Assembly: GCA_036172245.1 (NCBI GenBank)
Contig: JAYWIR010000057.1
Span: 124,001 to 188,000 of the forward strand
Direction: 5' to 3'
Source: Raillietiella orientalis
Taxonomy: Eukaryota
DNA: 64,000 bases
Shown here: positions 26,141-45,400 of the stretch, piece after piece
Position numbering within the stretch: position 1 is the first letter of the stretch
Layout: each line of letters starts with the position of its first letter
Notes under the pieces: model-generated
Told to the model about the DNA's origin: nothing
Databases searched by the model: none
What the model saw: the letters and a program-made list of their open reading frames with translations, nothing else
Made by a program: the position numbers and the translations under genes

Positions 26141-29100
26141 GAATTTGTGCCAGGTTTCTCTAATTTGTGATTCTTTTTCTTTTTACGATTTTTTGTGTGC
26201 GCATTTCAAAGATGTAAACCTTTATGATGTGCTCTTATAGTGTAGTGCTTCTATATGGATATGTATATGCTATGCTAAAACTCTCGTTTCACTGAAAATG
26301 CTGTCTTGCAAGGGTTCCGGTTTCTGATTCATCAAAAGATACTAGCAGTAAGTTGCTTGGAATACTTATGTAATCGTCGTTTTCTACTACATGTGCCAAC
26401 TTGCTGTCAATCTTTTAGATTTTAAGAATTGATACGAGTAATGAATTTGCATGTTGAAGAATGTAAAGAGAGTTTCCCTTGATAATGCACGTTGATTCCT
26501 GTTAAGGAACAGGGAGGTTTTAACAGCAGAAAGATTCATAAAATTCGTTTTAATGTGTTGAATCATGATTTTTCTCCTTAAATAATGCAAAATTCAAGAT
26601 GGGTAATACGAATGTACTTTCTTTCAGTTTTCTGAAATAGACTTTGCGATTCCGTGTGCAGCAGTTTTGTTGTGTACATTTTTAGTGAACATTGCTATCA
26701 TTCTATCCCTTTTTTTTTTTCCTTCTTTTTGGCAGATTTAAATGAAGCGATCTGTTAACTGAGACCGTGACTTATTGAATCGTGTGGGTTATTTGTATTT
26801 TGAAGCAAATTATCAGATTCCTTACATGTATAACATATGTCACTTTGTACAAAACATGACATTGTATTAACAATATCATGGCAGTATGCTTGCTCCAATG
26901 TTTTCGTTTTATATTATGCCTATAGAGAGTTGTTTTGTATTGTTCATTTGTTTTCTTTGAAAAAATCAAATTATGAAAGAAGAATGCGGGATTTTGTTTT
27001 GATGATAATAGATTTTTGATCAGTAAAATCCCAAAAACTGATATATAAAGTGAATGTATGCATGTTCGTTTGTTTGCTTTTCAATCATCCTGGTTCATTG
27101 AGTTGATATTGAGAACAATGCATTTTACTTTGGTAAAAAATTTTTGGTTTCAGTTTAATTAAATAGGTTAGAAATGTTCATTTCTGGAAGAAGCTATAAG
27201 TAAAAGTGATACCTGAGTTATAATCTGCTATGTGTAAGTTTCCATGGCTGTGTTTATGTGAACAGTGTTTTATATACTCCAACTTCCAAAAAGAATAATA
27301 AAAATAAGCACCTAAGAATGAAGATTGTCTTTGTATATATTTGTATTTTTTTCCATTACATGTTCTTCATTATTTTTTTGTTTGTGTACTTTGTATGTGA
27401 ATGTAAATATATTCTATTAGCCATATGTGCTTGCATGCATAATCTTTTTGGTAAATGTGCATTGACAGCTTGAAACCTTTAACAATTGACTTATAATTTC
27501 GAAAATTATTCAGCGACTATGTTAAAAATAAATTAAAGCGTCTTTTATTGTATGACTATTCATTCCTGAAATTTTTGAAATGAATGAATGTATTTTTGAA
27601 AAAAAATTTAAAATGCCTAAAATGCCTTTCATAATCATTAAAATACACTAGTTTTCTGCATTGATCTGCTTGTTTCAAAGGGCTGTATAATGTGGAGTTT
27701 ATTTTGTAACTCAAGTTTCATCAAGCATCCCTCCCAATTTCATCCTGTTTTTCATTTCAGATATGCCACTGTGATCTGGTTAGATTTGTTTGAATTTGAT
27801 TGTCTTTAATGCAGAAGCTTCAATTCTTCATTGTTTGTTAGTGCTTTTTCCAGATCTTTATTTTGAGAAACAAAAATGAACATTGTTATTTGAGATGGTA
27901 TGGCTTCCAATTATTTGCTTATTTTGTAAGACTTTGAATTTGTTTTCTTATCAAATTGTCACATACAGACCCCCAAAGTGCTTTGGTTTTTGTATTTCAA
28001 GTTTGGCAAATGGAATGTAGGTGAAGAAGAGAGGCATGTTGGAATGTAAATCATGCGGGCTTAAAATAAGAAATATGAGAGAAACTAGTTTCATTCACAA
28101 TATGTTAATCAATAGTGATTTATCAAATTGGGATCAGTCATATGAAACTCAGAAGGTGATAATTTCGAGCTGGTATAAGCATTCTGTCAGCATTGGAGTT
28201 GTGTTTAGGTTGATTAAATTAAATTTGATTTTAATTTGTGACTAAGTTTTATATTTTGGTTTGGGGCTTGATTAGGAAATTTATCCATATCTGTAAGACT
28301 GGTATACAAGATGCACAGTCTGCCATCTGATGCAGATATTGTATTTTAATATTTGTTTTATGAATCAAAGTATGCCCCAAATAATTTTGACATGGTCATA
28401 AAATATAAAATTAAATTCAGATGCACGGAAGTTGCATTCATACAATGCACTTATGTTATCCCAACAAGTTCAATTTAGGCATGATAGAACACATGCATTG
28501 TTGTGACAGGGAAGTTTCTACGTGAATTACATGTTTTTAAATTGATTAAGTTGATTTGCTTTATCCTAGTTCTCCTATTTTTTTAAAGTTAATTTCTAGA
28601 AAATAATAGAACATTATTATGAAAGCAATATGGATTTTGAAGCCATGTGGCGTTATCAAGCAAGGACATTTTATTTGAAATAAATAATTGCATTTATTTC
28701 ACTTTTATAGACTCAGTTGCTTAGATGCAAATCGACAACCAGAAGAATTAGTTTTTTGTGATCTTTGATTGGATGCTCTACCATTTATTGGAACTAATAA
28801 GAGTTTTGTGTACTGCTTGCTATATTCTTTGAGTTACAGTCATTGTTCTTGGAATGAATGTTAATGTTCGTAAAATATTACCTTTGGCATATGTTTCTTT
28901 TTTCAACAGTCAACATTACACTCCCGTTTGGAGTTTCTAATTTTCGTTACAGGTTACTCATGAAACTTTTCATAATGACTGTAGAAATAACTGTAAAATA
29001 GGTGATTTTGTCACAATCACCTAGTCATAGAAAACTGATTTATGAGTGAATTTCTTGGAAACATGCCTTAATTTAAGATTATATATATTTTACTTACAAC

Positions 29101-31253
29101 TAAGTGGTGAATACTTTGTACTCCTAGCTGACCAGTTTCATGTCACAAAACTATATGAAACAAATAGATATTTCATATAGTTTCAAACAAATAGGTGCTT
29201 GAGAGCATAATTTGAGCTAGAATTCATAAAATCGGGAATTACATGTGATTTTTAGGATGAGAATGTTCCATGATATTTGGGAGCAATGATTTTTGTATTA
29301 ATAGTCAATTCAGAATTAAAATATGATATTGGAATGTGATTTCTATTACTTTTAGAAATGGATTCTTCAAACTGATGTGATCTATGTGATGAAATACAAA
29401 CAGTCCAGTTATGTATCCTTTTTTCTATTTAAGTTTCTAATATAATTCGAGAATGGATGTTGAAAGAAAGGTAGGATTCTTATTTATGAATATAAGTAAA
29501 AATTCAAATTTGAAAACAAATTTTTCAAACTTGTTTCAAAACAAGTTTGACCTGAAGGTCATGAAAGGTAATACTAAAAATTCATACTAGTCAAAATTCG
29601 AACCATCATCCAATAAGATTATGATGGTTTTTTAATTTCTATGCTAGCGGTAATTGAGAAGATTCTTTTGCAAACCGTAATGAACTTCTTTCAATCCATC
29701 CGAATAATTAAAAGTATCCTGTGCAGACTATTTGTGAAGATTTAAAATTATTTGCTTTTGTGCCTTATTGTCTTAATCTTGCTGTATATAGGGTTTCAGT
29801 AAATAAAGTTATTGACAGTGAAAAGAAGGAATCTCTTGTGAGTGAATGAGAAAGAAAGTGAGCAAATTGATGGAAACTTAAATGAGTAGTTTAAATATTC
29901 AAGCATTTTCTTGTTTTTTCTCTCCTGCAATGATTGCCGATGTGTTTATCTTACCCTTCATAAAATTTGTCAGTGATTTTGCGATCGAAAATTTAATATA
30001 ATCACATATGTGCGATAAGAAAAAAGAAAAATAAAGGCCTAACCTCATTCTTGCTAATATGCATCGTTAGTTGAGATTGTGTACTTCATATCAAATACAG
30101 ATAAAATAATGGACGGTTGCACTTTATACATTGTCAAAAAAAAAAAAAATATAATCTAGTACTCAGTATTAAATTTAACATAGAAGATTCCTATTGAATA
30201 TGCACACAGATTTTAGTATTCCTGATGTACCAAACTTTAATTTTGTGTCAACAACTGTGCATATTCAGCTAGTGTTGAAATAGCATTTTCATCATTAGTT
30301 TGCTTGATCTTTGCTGTTCTAATACTTTAGATTGTGTTAAATTTTTTTGGTCAAATATTGGTATTTTAGCTTTAACTGGTATTTTTTATTACTTCAAATT
30401 CCAAATTAATTTTCCTTTAATGTGTTTTCCTATGTTTCCATTATTTCTTATTGGCCATAGTTGCATTTCTTACAATAACTACATTCCCTTTGTGCTATCA
30501 TGATGTACGTTATGATTTTTTTCACAATAGTGGAGAGCTGTAGTCTTTTGAATCCCAACATTGGATAGTTCATATTGTAAATGAAGTCTTTTGTGTATAA
30601 TACCACATTTGTTGCCCATTTAAATAAAAGAAAAATCCAAACGTGTCTTAAGAAGTTGATCTCCAAATGGAATATTTGTGCAAATAAAATTAATAAACAA
30701 GAATAGTTCTTAAAGAAATAAATTTAGTTAGAAGTAGAGTGAGAGATATAAATGGAAAGTTATGGTATGATGTAGGATAAATGCCATCTTTCTGCATATC
30801 AGTAAAGTTCATTATTAAAAGCTCAATTCCTTCAATTTTGCTATTATTTGTTGTCATAGATTCAATGCAACACTGCTGAGTGCAATCGCAAATAATGATT
30901 TAAAGCACATATTTAATTCCATGATTGAGTTAGCAAGTTAAGTGACAAATCGAGATAGGTGCAAAAGAATAATTAGTTTCAAAGATGATGATATTTTCGC
31001 ATCAGATTTAAGAGATGTCAGTTGTGATATTTGGATTAATTATCCTTTTGCATTTTTAGAGTAAAATCTCTGAAAGAATTTAACTTTATTCCTATGCTAC
31101 GAGTTGTCCATTTGTTTGTGAGAGCGCCAAATTAACAGTATAGTCGTTGTTACTGATAGGCTTGAGGAGGAGTAGCAGTGCACTTTTTTTTATATGTTTA
31201 TAAAAAATAGAAGAAATGAATTTCAACGTTTTTTCCATTTTTATTCAATAAAG

Positions 31254-35651
<4,398 letters not shown>

Positions 35652-35679
35652 TTCTATTGTAAAAGTAGAAAAAAACGTC

Positions 35680-35685
35680 AATAAA
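35680..35685 (+). promoter_or_regulatory. Polyadenylation signal of U2SURP
   Basis: AATAAA 29 nt after the stop, followed by a GT-rich tract at ~35713-35750. Confidence 0.65.
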
Positions 35686-37449
35686 GTCCCGTGCTTCACC
35701 TGAAAGTTACCAGTTTGTGTGTGCGTGTGCTTTTTGTTGCCATTTGTGCTGTGCTGAAGCGAATCTTTTGGTAATTAATGTTTTCCTCAGGAAGGTGTTG
35801 GGGAGGTGTTTTGACGAACACGAATCCGATCCTCCGCGAATTGGGAACTTGCGTTTGTACGTGCCTTTTAGGATACAAGAGTTCGGCCTGGTTCCCAGAC
35901 CAAGATGTGCAAACATCTTCGACTATCAGCATTTTCGAATGTTTCTGAGCTTATAAAGGTTTCCAGTCTGTTTGGACAGCCATCGCAGCCTCCCACGTCG
36001 ATCGAATTTTTTTTTCCTTTTCTTTCCAGTCTTTCTTTTGCAACCGCTAAAATCGTCACGGATCCATCCCGATCGCTGGTCCATGAGAGATGGTCTACGG
36101 ATGTAATTCGCAGATGTTTGCAGGAGAAAAAAGGTTATCTGAGTTTCCCGGTTGTGCTGAATGCCACTCATCTGTTGCTTTGACTTTCGAGAAAATTTTT
36201 CTGTTGCTTTATTTTAAGTAAACTCCAGTCTGCTATTAATAGATGCCGCAGTTCCCGAAGGAGCATCCGAACATTTCCGTTGTTTACACAACGTGCGTTT
36301 TGTGGAATGCCGACCGTAGGATTCATCTGCCCAGCGCAGCGTGCGAAAATTTGCATCCGAATCTTCTCGCATCAGCCTCAGACACCAGGCGAGCTCTGCT
36401 GCGTCCGCTGCGCGCCCGTCGACGGGGTCGTGCCCGGGTTGCTCTTTCTGGCCGTGCCTCGGGGGGACACGCCAACGGGAAACTTGTCTTCGAGCTTTCG
36501 TGGCTTTTCGATTTTGGTTTCCCTCCTCGCATTTTTTGGAAATGAGGCGCTCTCCAGCGGCACGAATCGAGGCGAAACGAAAATCTCCGTAACTTTCCTT
36601 TTCCCACCGCGCTCTCAACATTTGATTCCGGGAAGTGCTACACGAGAGCGCGGAATTTGGAGGCTTTCTTTCTTAAGTTTTCCAGTTTCATCCGCTTCAG
36701 TCCGGTCATCTGGAAATCGTGCCCCCCTCCCCCTTCCCCCGCCAAGCTAAATTACGTGCCGACACTTTGCAGAGATCACCTTGATCACACGTGTATTTAT
36801 TTGTTTATTTTTTCTTCTGCGTGTTGCCTCAAGTGTGCGTAGGAATCTTCCTAGGATTTTCGTAGCCGAGCCTTTCAGCTCAAAAGATGAACGTGAATAG
36901 GATTCCGTAGGAGTGTTGCATATACGACTAACGTGGCGGTTCATTTCCAACGGTCAAAAAGGGGGAAATTGGTTTTAGGCGTGAGAACATCTGAGAATAA
37001 ATGAGGAAATAATCCAGGAGATTACTAGAAGAAGAGCTTGGGAAAAGAGTTGGAAAACGAGTGAAATATTGCACATACAGTGCCGAGCGCATGTGACGGA
37101 AACGGCTTCGAGGACTCCTGTTAGTGACTTGAAAAGATGTGCAGAATCCGGTTAGTCTTCGACGAGATGATACTTCAGGACATTCTTCTTCCCTCTTACA
37201 TGTTTGATGGCCTTGCTGTCTGTCATCATCAAATAACGCCGATTCTTTCTTTTCTTTTTTAAAAACGTTAAATTAGTTTATTTTGATCGTTATGTGTGAA
37301 AAGATGTGTTGTTCTCAGATGTGTGCTTTAGTGAGGCGTGCATAGAGTACAGATTCCATGTCGCCTTGGGTCGAAACAAATCCAGTGACCATTTGGTCAA
37401 AAAAAAAAAAAAAGTGACTTTGTTTGGATGCGTGCGAACCTTTTCCATT

Positions 37450-38480
37450 CCGAACCAGAGGACCCAGCAAAATTGGTTTGAATAGCGCGGACGTTTGCAT
37501 GACCGTTCCTTACTTCTTCAGTTTTCACCTCTGGAAGGTGAAGTCTTTGATGAGCGCCACAACGGACTTCCTCTGCGTCATGGGTGCCCCCGAAATGATC
37601 GGGGAACCCGTGACCAGTATTCACAAAGCAGTGGTGAATCCAACGAAAGTATGAATTTAGTGGCAGGCATCCTCACATGAAGTTCTCACCAGCAGAGCTG
37701 GAAGTATGCGGGTGGCTGAAGACTTTTGCTTGTGAATGGTACCAAAAGCTTTATTCGGAAACTCCCACTGACTCATAAGGTTACAACAGGTAGTGATCGG
37801 AGGTCACCAATAATCGATCGTGAAAGCGTGCACCCAACGGATGTTTTTTTTTTTTTTTTTTTTAAGTAAAGAAAAAAAAAATGAAATAGAAACGTCGAGT
37901 TTCAAGGATGCATCCGTTCTATTCGCAGCTAAATTTTGCATGCATTCCAACTTCTTCCAAATACAATTCTGGCTCGATGCAGATATATCGAGATATTTCA
38001 GGAATAGATGGCACAGTATTTCGGCGATCTGTAACCATGGCAAATAGCGCAAGTAATCGAAGAATAATTAATCCACTAGTTACTACGTATACTTCAGCCT
38101 TCCGTATGCCACCGCTTGACTTACATGCTCAACCCTTTACTCGATTTTTCAGAATAATTTGCAGCAGTAATCATGTTGGGAGCCAAATACATTGATGCTC
38201 ATTTCAATCCCAACCCTTCGCTGCCCTCCCCACTTGCATTCCGATTGAACTGCTGCCTAAAGTTACCGAAGTTCACTCTGAGGAGGCTTTCCTTGTTCCC
38301 TCCTAGCCAGATTAGAACTCCCTGTCACGGTGGAAAAGAATGAAAGTGAACACCCAGCAAATGGTAACCTCCTTGTACTGGGGCACCAGAGCGCTACTTG
38401 TTGTGTGGTGCCCAAAAAGCAGGCAATCTGTTTGTTTGTTCTTTTTCAAGTACTCTTTTTCTACTTGACGTTCGCTAATT
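37450..38480 (-). mobile_element. Very old LINE remnant (APE end, possible ORF1 knuckle)
   Basis: TSDH+LPVVTL (frameshifted) at ~37775-37808 matches the APE C-terminal motif; CLLFGH at ~38405-38425 is knuckle-like. Confidence 0.3.
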
Positions 38481-39849
38481 TTCACAGCTGCAAGCTCAAG
38501 ATTATCACATTTATTATGCCGCCCATGCACATACGTCCACATAGACGTGTTGCATCTAATATAGGGGAAATTTATAGTATCTGGTTGGGTCCATCTGTTC
38601 ATGCAGTTGTCTTGGCTTCAACTTGGCTGCAGATCGTCTTTGGGGTCAAAAATGAATCCAACACTTTAGCTGACACTGACTGCCAAAGGAGGAGCGGTTT
38701 ATCACTTTGCAGGCGGAAACTCCTGTGCGTTGCTTTCCGAACTCTCCAAGCGATGCTCTTCCAGCCTTCACACGGTGAAGAGCTGGTTCTGTTCGACGTC
38801 GGCCGAATTGGTCCAAACAACAACAACAGATGCTGCCTGCACTCATTTTTCCTTCTTCTCGCTTTGTGCAACTGCATCAGACCATTCATATGGACTGGTA
38901 GTGGCGTTTTCGTCATTTGCCTTCGATGTTATCCCGGATATCACATCATTGCTCAGTGTATTTGAATGTATTCTGGGTGATGTAAAATTTAGATCATCAT
39001 TTTAGAGAATCACCGACGTGTCATTTAGATTTGAGGTTTTCGTTTCTTCAAGTTCGCTTTCTGTGGAAGACGAGGCTCGGTTTTGAACGAAAGTGGTAAT
39101 TTTCAAGATGAATTGTCAACACTGGATGTTTATCGTTCTCTGTTTGCTGTCTAAATCATTCTTTCTTCATTTAAAGGCAGGAATAAAAGATGGCCAAAGT
39201 GTTCTTTTCTTTTGCTTCCCTTCCCCCCTTTTCCATCTCATTTTTCATCTGCTCAGATCACTTGCGATAGATGCAGATTTATCAAAGACAATTTTGTGTG
39301 AAAGGAACCCTAAGGATTCTTTCGCTGTAGAGACGTCCTGTCAGCATCTCTGCTACATAAAGCAGAGATGATTATTGAATTTATTCAGCGGTTGGATGGC
39401 AAATCCCCTGTCTGTATCGAGTTAACAAGAAAAGGGAAAGGACTTTTTATATGAAACGGTATGAGAGACTGCAGCCATAGGAGATAGAGGGGGTGGGGAA
39501 AATGAGCTGAAAACCAAAGCAGGAGTCTTTAGCTCTGTTCCTTGCACCGAAAAGAGTCAACTCCAGGATAAAGAAACCCGTGCAAAGTTCAGATGTGAAG
39601 CTAAAAAGGGGCTCTGCTACCACTTATGACTGAACTTGCTTGCTGCTCTGGACGCTTGGAGAGCAAATGCTTCCAAGTGGAACTAGGGTTGACACGATGA
39701 GGACATTCAGGCAAGCAAAAGGGGGATCCTAGAAAAAATGAAAAAAAAAAAAACAGTCAAAAAATATCCGAGTCCGTCTCGTGTCCAATTAATTTATTCA
39801 AGCATCTAAATCCACCCTTTTTTTCTTTTTTTTAACAGCAAGGGAAACG

Positions 39850-41250
39850 TGACAGATTCAGGCGTCAAGAATTTCGACAGGAAAACTTAAGCACCGCTGG
39901 AAACTTCAAAGTAACAAAGAAGTGTTGGTGTAAGAGTGGGACTGGATGTGGCCAGTGAAAGATTTTCAGCCAGTGACTTGGATTCCCTATGCATCCGCTG
40001 ATCTCCTTGTTTGAAGGTGAAGGGATGGAATAGACTCCGCCGAAGAGCTCTGGATTTCTGGACCGACGTCTGCAGATCTAATATTCCCCAAACCTTTGTG
40101 CAGCCAGAGGATGTTCTTCGAGTGGAAAGGATACTCGAGGGGTGCTCTTTGGATGAAAGTGCAGGTTCGTTGCAGACTGCGCAGCGAACGTTAGCACGGT
40201 GGCGACTTTGTTGAAGAGCATTCTGGATGGAATGCAGGATTACCACCGTAAGCATCGAATTGGGTAAGAATCTAAAAGAAAACGAGGAAAGATGGACGGC
40301 TGCAGGGGAAAGCATCTCGAGTACAGCAGTGAGTACGACTTGTGCGATTGGTGCATGGACAAAATGGACAGGGAGTCGCGATTCTGGTTGTGTCGCTGAC
40401 ACGAGCGGTAGGGGGAATTTCGGTATTGAAAGTACCGGAATGCAGGACCAAACTGGTAACAGAAATGAGAATGGTGGCCGTAGGTTGGCTGAAGCTGCGG
40501 AGGAGTAGAAGGCGTGTTCTAAAGAGCTTGTTGGGGCTGGAGATAATCGTGTTTGGGGGGGGGGGGGGGTAAGACGATTTTCTTGGACAAGGACGAGATT
40601 TTGATTTTCTTAGTGCCTGAACATTTGCGAGGGGAAGGGGGAGTGCCTGGGACTGTCTGACGGTGTTAGCCAGGAGGGACTACGATCATCCTTGCTGTCG
40701 ATCTTGTTCTGGATCTTGTTACTGGATGCTGAGACTGAATGGTATCTCCCTTGCCGATGCCGGTGAGTGCAGGAAGGAGATGAGGAGCGGCATGGTGGTA
40801 TTTTTGTGAATGACGAGGTGGTCGAACGGAGAGCGCTTATTCGGGAAAAGGTGGCAGCATCTGTTATGCTAGTTGGCGATGGGTTGTCGTGTTGATTTGG
40901 TGTTTTAGTATTGCAGACAGGGCGGTGGTTTGATGTTTGGGGTGGCGAGAGTGGTTTCGAGTGTAATATCCAGATTTCGCGAGGGTCCCCCCCCCTTCCT
41001 TTCCTGCAACCTATTCTTGAAGGTAGAATGGTTCTTGGGTGATGGTGGTGGTGTAGTGATGTCATCGAAGAGAGGCGTTTCGGAGCTGTCATCAGAAACT
41101 GACATAATTTACCCTATCGTGTTCTGTTAGTCGTGTGCAATGGTGTAATCGTCGAGAAGGTGGGCGACTTCGTGCAATGTGGACTCATTTTACTGGGACG
41201 ACCTTCCTTACCATGACCAGTCGAGAGATTCACCTTTTTGGACAGCGATC
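39850..41250 (-). mobile_element. Decayed LINE ORF2 N-terminus (APE endonuclease plus linker; Jockey/I-like)
   Basis: SSETPL...PKNHSTFKNRLQERKGGG (ORF 40905..41105) matches the APE SET.L and R.GGGV motifs; downstream TKVWGIL and KSLAENL are linker-like; no RT core seen. Confidence 0.5.
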
Positions 41251-42416
41251 GGTGAGAAAAGGAAGAAGAACTGTCGTATTATTATTTGTACCGTATACTA
41301 GTAATAGGGTGATGGGGGCGAACCGAGATCGTCAGCACCCATTGAAAGGTAGAGTATTTGAGATAGAGGATGAATTTCCTTTACGAAATAAAACAAACGA
41401 CTACTGCATAACGTGCGATAATCATTACGCCATTAGTTGGTGAATTTCTGGATCTGGATGCAAGATAAAAGGGTAAGCTTTTCATCAAGGGAGCAGAAGA
41501 GTTTCTAGATGCCATGCAGAAATTCCATTCAAAGTCCACAGCTTCTTACTTCGCTCTCCGAAGTTCTCCCTTTGGACAGACAATTCGGGAAGAATGCGAA
41601 CTGCAGGCTGCGTGCACCTCTGCGTGTACCACTTCATGAATCTTCAAGCAATGAAGTACACTTTTGATTGAAGATTTCGGCACACAATTCTGGCGTTCGG
41701 AACAAGACCGCGGAAGTTGCAGATCCTTTCTTCCTTCCGTAATTTCGCAACACATGCAACACCACCATAAATCAAAGAAGTTTTTGTTGCTGCAGTCAAG
41801 ATGCAGAAAATTTGCCATGCGAATCGAGGATCACTGAGAACCGGAAGTGAATATCCTTCTGCTAGTACTTCGCAGCAATTTTTTCTTCAGTTTTCATGTT
41901 GAGCTTCCCAACGCGGAAGTGAGAGATTTCTACGCCCAGATCATCATCGTGTAAAAGTTTGGGGCGAAAAACAATTTTTTTTTGACCAGGGCGTTCATTG
42001 CGTAATAAAATCTACCACCAGGACGGAATTATCCGGTTATACGCGAGGCAAGTAATTACTCATCGTTTGACTAAACAGGCTCATATGATTCGGCAGTATA
42101 ATAATCATAATTACGTCTTGGGGAGTCATGATGGTTGGGGAAGGGTTGACAACGGGGCGTTTGAGTGCAGCTCTGAAAGTTGAAAAAGGAAGGGGACTCG
42201 TTAGGTCAAAGGGTAAAATGAAATGAGGGACTCATCCTGGCTGCTGCTCGATGCATCCGTGGCGTCAGTCGTTTAATCTACAATGGAAGATGGAGAGTTG
42301 CGAAATTTTTTTTGGAAGTTTTACGCCTACCATTCTCAAAGGATGAGTTTTTGCCATCTGTTGAACATCGGTCTCGTGAAAACCTGGAGAGATCGGATGG
42401 TGTCGGTACCCGCAAT

Positions 42417-42460
42417 TGTGGTGGTGGTGGTGGTGGTGGTGTGTGTGTGGGGGGGGGGGT
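42417..42460 (+). repeat. (GTG)n/(GT)n/poly-G microsatellite
   Basis: Directly visible; it produces the poly-H/P/W/V/G ORFs. Confidence 0.9.
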
Positions 42461-45400
42461 GGAAGCAGCCTCTTGTGTTCCATATATCCACCTTCGTGCC
42501 AACGGCGACGCGTTCCCGCAATACTCAGTTTATCCTTCTCTCCGGGAGATGTTCCTGTGAAAGTGGGGGGAATAACTGAGAACGCGCGTTCAACGACTTT
42601 ACCACTTTGAATGTCGCGCCGGGCGACTCTCGGGTTACCAAGAGCGGCTTCTCTCATCATCTCTGACGCGCCACTTTCAGTCTTTGCTTGTTTTCTGGTT
42701 CCCGCTGCTCGCACGCGATCGTCTTCTGTGATTCCACACGGAGCACAGCCTCGTGCTATGTACCCCTGGAAGGCACTGCGCAGCTTTGCTGCGTGTAAAT
42801 TATTTTAGGAGTCCCGGTGATGGTTATCTGCTGTTCCTCTCCATCTTGTGGAAATGCCTTCCAAATGTAGAGCTGTGAAGGAAGCGGTGGCGGTACGATT
42901 TTGTGAAGACTTCGCTGCTTAAACACCGAAACGAGTTCTCATCTGGATGCCTGATGTGGACCTCAGCAATCAGCATTCTGTGTGGCTAACACGCTCTCAT
43001 TTGATAAGTCCGTTTAAAATTTGTGGAGCAGAGTTTTTTTTTTTTTTTGGCCCTGAGGGTATTCATCGCTCGATTCGCGAGGCTCCAAGTTTTGCAGAGA
43101 TCTCCGGATTGATTGGAAAATCACGGAGGAGAGACTGTGAAATGCAAGCCAAGCAGTTCACGAGGTTGCAGGTTCGCCTTACACTGAGATGCTGCATTCC
43201 GAGTGCATAAATAAATTTCGCAGCCGCAGATGTTTTCACGTGTGAGAACCAGAATGCGGAACAATCCAGACGAAACCAGGGATCGAAGTAAGGGGAAACA
43301 AACTTTAATGGGAAACTTCCTTGCTTCTCCCTGGAGTGCCTGGGAATCGCGAGAAGCCGGTTTTCCTCCCCAGACTCTCCTCACTTTAGAATCTTCGCCT
43401 CTTAAACGTCTGAGGAGGTTTTTCATCTTGTGGCGGCTGCTCCATTTCATAAACCCGCTATGGTGTCCGGACGTCGACTTCTTCTGTCGGTATCGGTTCC
43501 TTGTCGATGGATTTTTGCAGGCATCGGATACTCGAAGGCAAAAATTCCTCAATCGCTCCGAGAAATCCTGCTGCCGGTTTCGTTGTGAGGGCGGATGCTT
43601 CTTCATCCAACAGACATTTCGATCGGTGATCCGGGTTCAAAGGGCGAAGAATATCCGTCCTCTCCAAGACGAAACTTCCATGTGTATTCAAAGTGCCCAA
43701 AGTCCTTCCCCGTTTGTGCTCAAAGTGCCTTTTTCTGACTTTTCAGGAGAGATTCGAACCACTCCGAATTCGGTTCGTCTGGGAACTGAAAACCGAATTT
43801 TCATGTGATGCAACTTTTCATAAATAATATTTACAACAGCCCATGAGTACATATCTGGGAGTTGATCATAATATTCTACCGGAATACCTATAGAATATTC
43901 CCATTTGAAAGCGTTCCTCTCAAAATGAGAATATGCTAGAACTTCAACAACATCAGTTCGAATGGGAAGGTCTATAACTGTCTTTCTGGATTGAATTTCC
44001 AAAATCTTCTCATGGATATTCCAAGTCACTTACAAGCAGCTGGCTTTTCCTTCCTACACGTGCCTGGAGCAGCAAGAAGAGCAAGATTTGGTTCCTCCTT
44101 TTATGCTGCAAGGAACACGCAGAGTCTCGACTTTGCTTCCGAGTGCCATGAGGCTGCTGCATGCGTGCAAAAAAAAAAAAAAAAAGGCTCCGTACCAGAG
44201 GTTCATCTGGAGCGGAGATCTTTGCCATCACCAAAACTTATTTATTTGTGCTTCACTAAATCTGCATACATGCTCGCTGCAAATCCTTTGCGTTTGTACA
44301 GTGCGCTGCTTCCTTCACTTGCAAGTCGTGCAAACTTGTGTATTTTAGGAATGTACATGCGGCGCATTCACAGATGTGGTACGCTATGCGGCACATCAGG
44401 TAAATGTTGATGCTTGATGGTGCATCACACTCTGTGTGCATTCCGCGCTGCCGACAGGAACTTGGGCTTCTGTACAGAAGTGGTTTCCGATGGCCGGCTT
44501 AAAAAATTGACAGTTGCACACAGAGGGTAGGAGAACCCGCACTCATTACATACACGCACGTAGTGTACAATGCGGATGCGGCGTGTACTTTGCACGGCTT
44601 TTGTGAATGTACACGTGTGCGCAAAAAGATTGCAAATATCCATGAAGTGTTTTGTGCTGGGTAGAAAATCGGTGTTTCTGCTTTCTAAAATGAAAAAGAA
44701 AAAAGAAAGAATTGTGTTCATCAATGTATTGCATTACGACACGCTCAGTTGGCATCAGGGATGGGGTTGTCATCTGAACTTATCAGCTGCTAGATTAAAA
44801 GTCTAAGAAATCATTTAGTGGAAGACATTTCTTTCCCACTGTTATCCTCAATCACTACCTGATTTCGTTTTCAAGATTTGCTTTGCTCTCAGTGGACCAC
44901 TTCTCCTTCAAGAAACTTTCATTTATAACAATTATTACTAATTAGAATAAGAATGCCTTTTTTTGGATACTAATTAGAATCAGAATATCTCACTAATTAG
45001 AAAGCTTTTTTTCTTCTTTTCGTAAATGGCTTAGAACTCAGATCTTAGAACACCTCCATTTTCACGATTTCATATAAGTATTTGGGGAAGAATATCATCG
45101 AGTCATCGCATTTCTTTGTGACCTAAATTGAGGAGTCCTCCACTGTGAGATGTGAGCTGATGCTGTGAGACTGACTACCTTCGACGAACCGCCTCCTTAT
45201 TGATTCTCTATGCGACAAGAGGACAGAGGCGGCAAGTGTAACTCATTTTCGTGCTGTTCCTTCCTTCTTGTGAACGCGAAAAGGAAGAAGGATCAATCCT
45301 AAAAACACCAAACGATGTGCCTGCACAAGCAAAGAGGAACCCCGTGGCATGTTTCCGTTGGAGCCGATCACGAAAGCACACTCGCCGCTTTCCCCAATTG

